Assembly (NCBI GenBank): GCA_963676915.2
Contig: CAXXVK010000064.1
Span: 29,441 to 93,440, forward strand
DNA from: Myxococcota bacterium
Lineage (GTDB): Bacteria; Myxococcota_A; SURF-8; G963663525
Reading direction: 5' to 3'
DNA length: 64,000 bases
Part shown: piece by piece, positions 63,196 to 64,000 of the stretch
How positions within the stretch are numbered: the stretch's first letter is position 1
How the letters are laid out: each line of letters opens with the position of its first letter
Notes under the pieces: model-generated
Told to the model about the DNA's origin: nothing
What the model saw: only the letters and a program-made list of their open reading frames with translations
The model's database searches: none
Made by a program: the position numbers and the translations under genes

Positions 63196-64000
63196 ATTGG
63201 TTCGTTTGGTTGCGACCGTGTTCTTTGGAATAATAAAGGGCTTTGTCGGCCATTTCGATCAACTGTTCCCGGTGGCGTTCGTCTCCGGGATAGCTTGCGA
63301 TGCCAGCCGATATCGTAACCTTAAAATTCCCTTCGTCGCAACTTAGTTCGAGATTGTCGATGCTTCTTCGCAGCATTTCGACTTTATCGAAGGTTTCTTT
63401 GGGATTGGTTTTATCGAGAACGATCAGAAATTCTTCACCTCCCCAACGGGCGATGAGATCCGAGCGGCGTAGCTTTTTCTTGAACAGTGCGGAAATGGTG
63501 CATAACACTTGATCGCCGACCTGGTGGCCGTACGTGTCGTTAATGTGCTTAAAATGGTCGATATCGCACATCACCACACCCATCGGATACTGGTAACGGT
63601 CGGCCCGGACCATCATTTCATCCATGCGATTCTGACAGAAACGGCGATTGTAAAGCCCGGTCAGCGGATCGGTCAGCGCCATTTTTTCGATTCGTCCGAA
63701 CATACGAGCGTTTTCCAGACTCAACGCGGCCTGGTTGGCGGCAACTTCATAGACACGGGCGAGAATCTTGTTGAAAAAGCCGGGGCGTGAGGACAAAAAC
63801 ACCAGCGTTCCCATAATGGAACCTTTGGCGGCCAGCGGCACGATTAGAAGAGAATGCACGTCGTGCAGTCGCTCGTTGGGAGTGAAAACGGTGGGGACTT
63901 TCTCCAACTTGCTGAAATGCGAATGAAAGAGCGTCTTTTTCTGTCGAACGACGAGATCGACGAGGTTGTTTTTACCCGCAAAGCAGATATCTTTCAGACC
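63161..64000 (-). CDS. GAF + GGDEF diguanylate cyclase (5' end outside window)
   Basis: TDPLTGLYNRR, DIDHFK.INDTYGH, I-site RxxD then GGEEF; frame open to the window edge. Confidence 0.93.
   Translation of the reverse strand, partial: GLKDICFAGKNNLVDLVVRQKKTLFHSHFSKLEKVPTVFTPNERLHDVHSLLIVPLAAKGSIMGTLVFLSSRPGFFNKILARVYEVAANQAALSLENARMFGRIEKMALTDPLTGLYNRRFCQNRMDEMMVRADRYQYPMGVVMCDIDHFKHINDTYGHQVGDQVLCTISALFKKKLRRSDLIARWGGEEFLIVLDKTNPKETFDKVEMLRRSIDNLELSCDEGNFKVTISAGIASYPGDERHREQLIEMADKALYYSKEHGRNQTNQYDKIRKNSRKS

Noticed and set aside
1-64000. Long antisense or overlapping ORFs (e.g. 15281..16108, 26591..27520, 47745..48743, 50195..51136, 53079..54038)
   Set aside because: They are shadow frames of well-supported genes on the opposite strand and carry no motifs.
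1-64000. tRNA, rRNA, IS transposase, integrase or prophage genes
   Set aside because: None recognised by eye; a tRNAscan/Rfam/ISfinder run would be needed to exclude them formally.

Overview
This 64-kb bacterial chromosomal window has gene content typical of Myxococcota or similar deltaproteobacteria (Cys-rich secreted lipoproteins, a CFI-box-CTERM/MXAN_2562-like pair, GMC oxidoreductases); that assignment is inferred from gene content only. It holds an outer-membrane biogenesis run (START protein, tamA, tamB, bamD), a degenerate HisRS/HisZ-like protein, HU, a three-gene GMC + Tat subunit + multiheme cytochrome module, a large GH172/DUF2961 lipoprotein and nikR. It also holds a GH5 / outer-membrane barrel / sodium:solute symporter / galK operon, two hybrid histidine kinases, three radical SAM enzymes and a GGDEF protein. 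A CRISPR array with no cas genes in the window (35-bp repeat, 10 spacers) has its own leader and terminator and sits between GTAG-type REP elements. About 15 frame disruptions, nearly all +1, fall between ~27.5 and ~44.8 kb and are most likely read or assembly errors. The best candidates for an undescribed system are the FMN/Fe-S membrane protein - small anchor - AmmeMemoRadiSam rSAM - Tat-like peptide operon, the REP-flanked orphan type III-like array, the heptaheme-linked GMC dehydrogenase, and the TonB-free galactoside/glycolipid utilisation locus. No database searches were run; family calls come from motif recognition.
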